A stretch of 63,597 nucleotides of DNA, the filler included, from Sanchytrium tribonematis (lineage: Eukaryota): assembly GCA_018985235.1 (NCBI GenBank). It is 15 parts of 15 records of this genome, joined end to end, with 100 filler letters (N's around TTAATTAATTAA, not from the genome) between each part and the next. Parts side by side here need not be neighbours in the genome. Positions count along the whole stretch, not along the records: positions 46,274 to 62,371 come from JADGIG010000139.1; positions 62,472 to 63,597 come from JADGIG010001408.1; 13 more parts are not named here. One strand, 5' to 3'. How positions within the stretch are numbered: position 1 is the stretch's first letter; every line of letters begins with the position of its first letter. The translations under genes and the position numbers were made by a program. Shown here piece by piece: positions 58,485 through 63,597 of the stretch. Under the pieces are notes generated by a model. That model worked only from the letters and a program-made list of their open reading frames with translations. It did no database searches and was not told the DNA's origin.

Positions 58485-59006
58485 ATGAATTTATTTCTGA
58501 AATTTTATGAACGAGGCGATATCCCCATAATTCTTAAGCCAAGAAACGAGATAGAATGGAAGAAGGAAGTTGGACAATTAGACTTGCAATTATTGCTTCC
58601 ATTATTTTGTGAAGGACTAGAAATCAAAAAATCACCACTATGTGGAGTTGTGGAAAAGGGACTTTATTTTTTAATTCAAAATGGGGAAAACATCAGCGAA
58701 GTGATACCATCCCTCATTGTGCCATTAAGAAGAGCTTTAAACAACAAAGATCCGAAAGTGTTTCTTAAAACATTTTGTATTTTAAGAAAATTAGTTAAGG
58801 CACCTGGCTGCGGAACGGCAATTGTGCCGTTCTTAAGACAATTTTTGCCATGTCTTAGCCGATACTACAATTCAAATTATAGAAGCCAAGTCGAAACTAC
58901 TTTGAATTGTTTTGTAGAAAATGGCGGAATAGAAGCATTTCAAAATATAAAATATATTATACCCACATTTGAATATATCCCAATCTATGGAGAAGAAAGC
59001 GATTAG
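58485..59006 (+). CDS. PACRG: Parkin co-regulated (axonemal inner junction) protein
   Basis: FYERGDIP, LPLFCEGL, IVPLRRALN, GGIEAFQNIKYIIPTFE. Confidence 0.9.
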   Translation: MNLFLKFYERGDIPIILKPRNEIEWKKEVGQLDLQLLLPLFCEGLEIKKSPLCGVVEKGLYFLIQNGENISEVIPSLIVPLRRALNNKDPKVFLKTFCILRKLVKAPGCGTAIVPFLRQFLPCLSRYYNSNYRSQVETTLNCFVENGGIEAFQNIKYIIPTFEYIPIYGEESD

Positions 59007-59058
59007 CTAGAAAATGTTTTAGTTTTAATAAATTTTTACTGGAATTAAGGAAACAAAA

Positions 59059-59457
59059 TTAGACCTGGTCTCCTGTTTCTGCTTTTTTGACAAATCGAGG
59101 AAAAACATCGGTATTTAACATGTCCACGACATGTGAATATGCCTTTTCATATACTCGCAAAATTAAGTCGGCTCTAGCTTCTCTATTTACAAGCGTTTCC
59201 GCCTCCTTAACAATATTTGCAGGAAGATTTATCTGCTTCTTTGCGCGTGGAGAAATGTATCGCAGATAAATGGCTTTAGCCAGCTCAAAAGTCGGGCTAA
59301 TTCTGAGTTCGTTTATTTGATCCATAAAATACAAATTTTCGTCAACATAATTTGCTTTACAAAAATCAACGAAAGACATTTTGTCGTAAGGAGGAACTGT
59401 TTTGTCATACAAACACGCCTCTAGTGTGACTTTTTTCGAATTAAGGGCCGTCGACAT
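59059..59457 (-). CDS. Stand-alone RGS domain protein
   Basis: FCKANYVDENLYF, IYLRYI...KQINL, DVFPRF. Confidence 0.88.
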   Translation of the reverse strand: MSTALNSKKVTLEACLYDKTVPPYDKMSFVDFCKANYVDENLYFMDQINELRISPTFELAKAIYLRYISPRAKKQINLPANIVKEAETLVNREARADLILRVYEKAYSHVVDMLNTDVFPRFVKKAETGDQV

Positions 59458-59531
59458 TCTAAACTAAAGTAGTTCTGTTTGGTGTTTCAAATTAAAATGG
59501 AGATCAATTCAAACACTCTGAACCTCCACTC

Positions 59532-60503
59532 ATGACTTTGAATATCTTCATTGAAAGTGGGAATACATCAGAGGACCTTATTAAGACCTTAAAATCGAAT
59601 TCGGCTGATGTAGGCGATAGATTCCATGCCCTTTTCAGTCTTAGAACAATTTTTTCGAATAATGACAATCTAAACCCGTCAATATTTATTGATGCACTTC
59701 AGGAATCTCTTGCTACCAGCACTCCACTCTTACAGCATGAGTTGTGCTATATATTAGGGCAATTCCAAAATCTAACAACTAGGTCACTTCAAATCAAGCA
59801 CCTTAATTCTGTTCTCTCCGGAGATTATTCTGACATAGTGCGACATGAAGCAGCAGAAGGTTTAGGAGCTCTTGGTGGTCCGGATGCCCTCGATGATATT
59901 TTAAATTGTTCCGAGGTCATGAATGATCCATACAATCTTGTATCTGACACCCTGTTTTTGGCGGTTGAAAAGTATAAATACGAGCTAAAAAGAGGAAAAA
60001 TAACTTCTTATTTTGATGCTATAGATCCAGCACCGGCCTTTGAATTCAGAAACCTGAGCAAATTACGTAAAATAATTGAAAACGGAGACAATATATTTGA
60101 AAAATACTCAGCCATGTTTGCCATCAGGAATCTTATCCATGAGCAGATGCATGGTACCTTGAACCAAAAAGATTATATTAAAACACAGAATTGCATTGAC
60201 AACATTGAAGAGGAGGCTATAAGTATCATTGCTCTGGGATTCAAAGACTCCAGTGCTCTATTGAGACACGAAGTTGCTTACATTTTTGGACAATTGTGCC
60301 TTCCATCTACTTCCAAGTTTTTAAAACCTGCCTTGTCTGATTTAAAGGAACATCCAATTGTCAGGCATGAATGTGCTGAAGCCTTAGGATCGATTGGAGA
60401 TGTTGATATACTGAAGCAATTTGTTGATGACCAAGATGAAATTGTTCGCGAAAGTTGCCTTGTGGGCTTGAAAATGGGAGCCTATGCAACTGTTGAATGT
60501 TAG
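59532..60503 (+). CDS. DOHH: Deoxyhypusine hydroxylase
   Basis: Four HE motifs (LQHEL, VRHEAAEGLG, LRHEVAY, VRHECAEALG). Confidence 0.93.
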   Translation: MTLNIFIESGNTSEDLIKTLKSNSADVGDRFHALFSLRTIFSNNDNLNPSIFIDALQESLATSTPLLQHELCYILGQFQNLTTRSLQIKHLNSVLSGDYSDIVRHEAAEGLGALGGPDALDDILNCSEVMNDPYNLVSDTLFLAVEKYKYELKRGKITSYFDAIDPAPAFEFRNLSKLRKIIENGDNIFEKYSAMFAIRNLIHEQMHGTLNQKDYIKTQNCIDNIEEEAISIIALGFKDSSALLRHEVAYIFGQLCLPSTSKFLKPALSDLKEHPIVRHECAEALGSIGDVDILKQFVDDQDEIVRESCLVGLKMGAYATVEC

Positions 60504-60517
60504 GTCAAAATAAAATT

Positions 60518-61411
60518 ATGAACTTTATAAAATCTTTGCAAAACAAATTAGTGATGAAAAAGAAACCCATTGAAGAAATATTAATGTGCATTTTATTAGA
60601 GCAAACAAGTTATCCCATAAGAATTGAGGATTTTCATAATTATTATGAAAATTCAGGAATTGACGATGTTCATTTAAGGTTCTTAACAGATATTTTGAAT
60701 TGGTACAAACAAGCTTTAGTGGTATGCAATATGCGAGTGGAATATAACTTTAAGCCATTTGATATAGTTGCCGATCTAGTAAAAAGGCTAGAACTTAAAA
60801 TTGAAGAGTCGTCTATCCCGTATTGGATGGAAAATGAAACCGCACAATTGATGATAGAGTATTTTTTTGACAGTTCGCCCTCTCAATTGTATCTTGTAGA
60901 CGAAGAAATTATTAACATGGTTAGAAATGATTACAATGCCAATAGAAGAGGCATCTCAATATTTATTCCTTGTATGTTACAAATTTACGAACGTGCGGTT
61001 TTACCACAATACAAGGTCTTTGAATGGAGTAAAATCCGAAAAAATCTAGAATATCCTGATCAATTAAATTTAGGAATTATTGCTGGAATTCTTCTACTAT
61101 TTCTAAGTGGATTATGCATTTTATTGGATTATTTCAAGTCCCCACCATTCCTCAATTTTTTCATTACTTTGCCGTTAATATTCTTTACAGTTCATACTTC
61201 ACACCAAGTGTGGGCGTGTTTTAGTCCCACTGCTGCCAAGGTGAATGTGCATTTTACATTACAGCAAAAGAATCATGGTATACATGAAATTATGGACGAG
61301 AGAGTAAGTCAATATCAATTGATGAAGTCAAAGCATATCGTTTTTTTGTCAAAAATAATATCGACCATTCTAGCGCTGTTACTGGCAGTAACCTTGATGT
61401 ACGCAAAATAA
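60518..61411 (+). CDS. Rax1-like RGS-domain + TM protein
   Basis: Degenerate RGS then three TM segments with CFSP motif; alternative start 60497. Confidence 0.65.
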   Translation: MNFIKSLQNKLVMKKKPIEEILMCILLEQTSYPIRIEDFHNYYENSGIDDVHLRFLTDILNWYKQALVVCNMRVEYNFKPFDIVADLVKRLELKIEESSIPYWMENETAQLMIEYFFDSSPSQLYLVDEEIINMVRNDYNANRRGISIFIPCMLQIYERAVLPQYKVFEWSKIRKNLEYPDQLNLGIIAGILLLFLSGLCILLDYFKSPPFLNFFITLPLIFFTVHTSHQVWACFSPTAAKVNVHFTLQQKNHGIHEIMDERVSQYQLMKSKHIVFLSKIISTILALLLAVTLMYAK

Positions 61412-61501
61412 AAATATTTTTCAATCGAGAAACTTCTTAAACCAATCATATTTTGTAATTTGCTCAGAATTTCAATAAATAGGAGTGCAGCCCAAATTAG
61501 T

Positions 61502-61697
61502 ATCCTCTCAGGCCTTTATTGGCTTAGATCAAGTTGTAGTATCTGTTCTCATTGATTGACAATCAATGTTGTGCTCTATTAGGGCACAAATTTTGTCATA
61601 TCTATTTTTGACGACAGGGTGTATGGGTAGCTTGCTAGTCTGCACCTACGGATTGCCTCATTATTGCACTACTGATGAGTGTAGTCCAGTCGACCCC
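61502..61697 (+). ncRNA. U2: U2 snRNA
   Basis: GGCTTAGATCAAGTtGTAGTATCTGTTCT core; stem IIa with loop complement TTGTCA; stem IIb TGTGCTCT/AGGGCACA; Sm site ATTTTTG; stem IV loop ATTGCACTA; 3' end approximate. Confidence 0.95.
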
Positions 61698-61725
61698 TAT
61701 TTATATATATTGTAAACATAATTTA

Positions 61726-62371
61726 TTAGTGAAAAAATGATTCTAGTTCTAGAATTTTTGCTAGTCTTGCAATTGCGGCCACCCTTTGTTGCTCCGTAGT
61801 ATCTTGAATTCTTTTCGATGCCCTACCTAAATCATTTCCGTATTTTAACCTGGCTTCCCGCAAGCAATCTATGAATATGTAAAAGCTAGTTTCCATTCTT
61901 TCTACCAGACGATCTGCCTTGACTTGACTTGAATTAAAAAGCTTCAGCACATCTTCAAAATTATTGCAATTATGCAAAATTTTCTCTCGATACATACTCA
62001 TTAATGCTGCACAGGTAAATACTTCCATATGACTTGTAGGGCTTGACCAAATAGCCTAAATAAAATTATAGTACTTCCCACAAAAGATAAGTATCCTCAA
62101 AGCTAATTTCCCTACGAAACCACGTAAGCAACCATCTACACATTAGCATAGGATGAAAAGCATCGATACGCTGCAAATGAGAATATAAAATAGGATCGAT
62201 AACTTCCAATACTTCTGACACTAATTTCCTATATTCCAATAATTGATCATTATTAGACACAGTTCGGTGTGTAAACATTGTGAAAAACTGTTGTAAACAG
62301 CCAAAAATCATCCATTCTTCGGTGTATAAATGAACAAAAGGCGAGCATATATCAGCCAATCCTTGTAGATA
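61726..62371 (-). CDS. TBC-domain Rab GAP (Gyp7-like), 5'-partial, with intron
   Basis: YKD/QG-like region, CRWLLTWFRREISFEDTYLLWE|AIWS after removing intron 62056-62074. Confidence 0.88.
62056..62074 (-). other. 19-nt spliceosomal intron
   Basis: gtactataattttatttag. Confidence 0.93.
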
Positions 62372-62471
62372 NNNNNNNNNNNNNNNNNNNNNNNNNNNNN
62401 NNNNNNNNNNNNNNNTTAATTAATTAANNNNNNNNNNNNNNNNNNNNNNNNNNNNNNNNNNNNNNNNNNNN

Positions 62472-63196
62472 CGAATCCCAAATATCATTTTACAGTAAGA
62501 AAATAACAAATTTGGCATATCGCATTTTAGCCAATATTGATCTCCCACACGATTAAAGTACCATTTGTGACCACTATAATGTAAATTATAATAATTATTA
62601 ATGCATATATAATGCAGTGGATCCATTTCTACAGCCTCATAATTTCCTAATAATCTCAATGCTTCATTTAAATCTCTCGTTTTGCACACCAGTCTATAAT
62701 TTAACATTATTTTATACTCTTTATTCAATAAATACTGTTTATATTCACTATTCATGATATCCCGCATCAATAAACAATCTTCACAAATCAAATCAAATGT
62801 ATTTTCACGTTTTACAATCTTCAAATTGCCAATCTGAATATAAAATGGGTTATTTCTAGTCACATATTTCCCATTAAACATGATAAATGTGTCTAATAAT
62901 TGATTCATTGGCATATAACCAATATTTAATGCAATTCCAGAAAACATGAGAAATATCTCACTATTTACAGGTATATTGACTCGCAATAACTTGGATAATG
63001 AAATGCATTGATGATTCATGGTCCAGGATCCATTATATTCAATTTTAATGGGGTGAATTTGTTTAATATAAATATGAACAGGATATTTTTCACGCAAATA
63101 AATAGAATCTGGATGATTTAATTTATAAGCTATTTCGAATTCATCATTGATGATATATCGAATGATATCTTGATTGAGTTTTGAGTAAATCGTCAT
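62472..63196 (-). CDS. Uncharacterised protein, 3'-partial
   Basis: Open frame >240 codons; no family recognised. Confidence 0.5.
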
Positions 63197-63597
63197 GACG
63201 TGCTAAAATTGCAGCATATTTTGGATGGCGAGTGACGTATTGGTCATTCAACGACGTGGTCATCGAGTCAAATAAGAGAAATAGAAATGAATAGAGTGAG
63301 GGAATCTAGGTAGTATTCATTTGAATATGAAATAATTTCAAAGAGAAATAGAGGGAATAAATCATTTTGAAACATGGTTCCATCACCCAATTTCAGAATC
63401 ACATTTCTCAGTTTATCTGTCCTTTATTTCTTACTAGGTATCATTGAATTCATAGATAATCTATATTTCTCATTCTCATTCCTGATATGCTCATTTTTAT
63501 TCAATCAAGTCTCTAAATTTGTGATTCTCTCATTAATTAAATGGACGACTATTTATGTGATTATATCCCATACTTCATTTATTACATTGAATATTGT

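Noticed and set aside
16265..62471. Recurrent TTAATTAATTAA between N runs as a repeat or CRISPR-like array
   Set aside because: Fixed 100-nt artificial linker; contig sizes fall monotonically within each size class, so order reflects file sorting, not biology

Overview
Eukaryotic DNA from a highly compacted genome, most likely an early-diverging flagellated fungus. Support: PACRG and complex I subunits, plus Rax1-, PacC- and Ada3-like genes. Sanchytriomycota is a plausible but unproven guess. The window is 15 unrelated contigs joined by artificial N44-TTAATTAATTAA-N44 linkers, so adjacency across linkers means nothing. Contigs 1-16264 and 46274-62371 hold densely packed housekeeping genes. 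Four observations stand out. (1) All 10 spliceosomal introns I could reconstruct are exactly 19 nt. Each has an invariant T-x-A-Y branch point with the A at -6, and each lies within about 560 nt of the stop codon. (2) A U2 snRNA gene carries a 1-nt insertion next to its branch-pairing sequence. (3) A ~5.2 kb Helentron/Helitron2-type rolling-circle element carries a bacterial/phage-type SSB (DDLPF tail) and a frameshifted CE-clan protease-like gene. It is inserted in an MLKL-like kinase-Sel1 gene. (4) About 90 bp downstream lies a 2.5 kb Crypton-type tyrosine recombinase element whose end joins back to its own start (circle or tandem junction). A 12-bp inverted repeat links the outer ends of the two elements, so they could be one composite element. 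All homology calls come from motif recognition by eye, not database searches.
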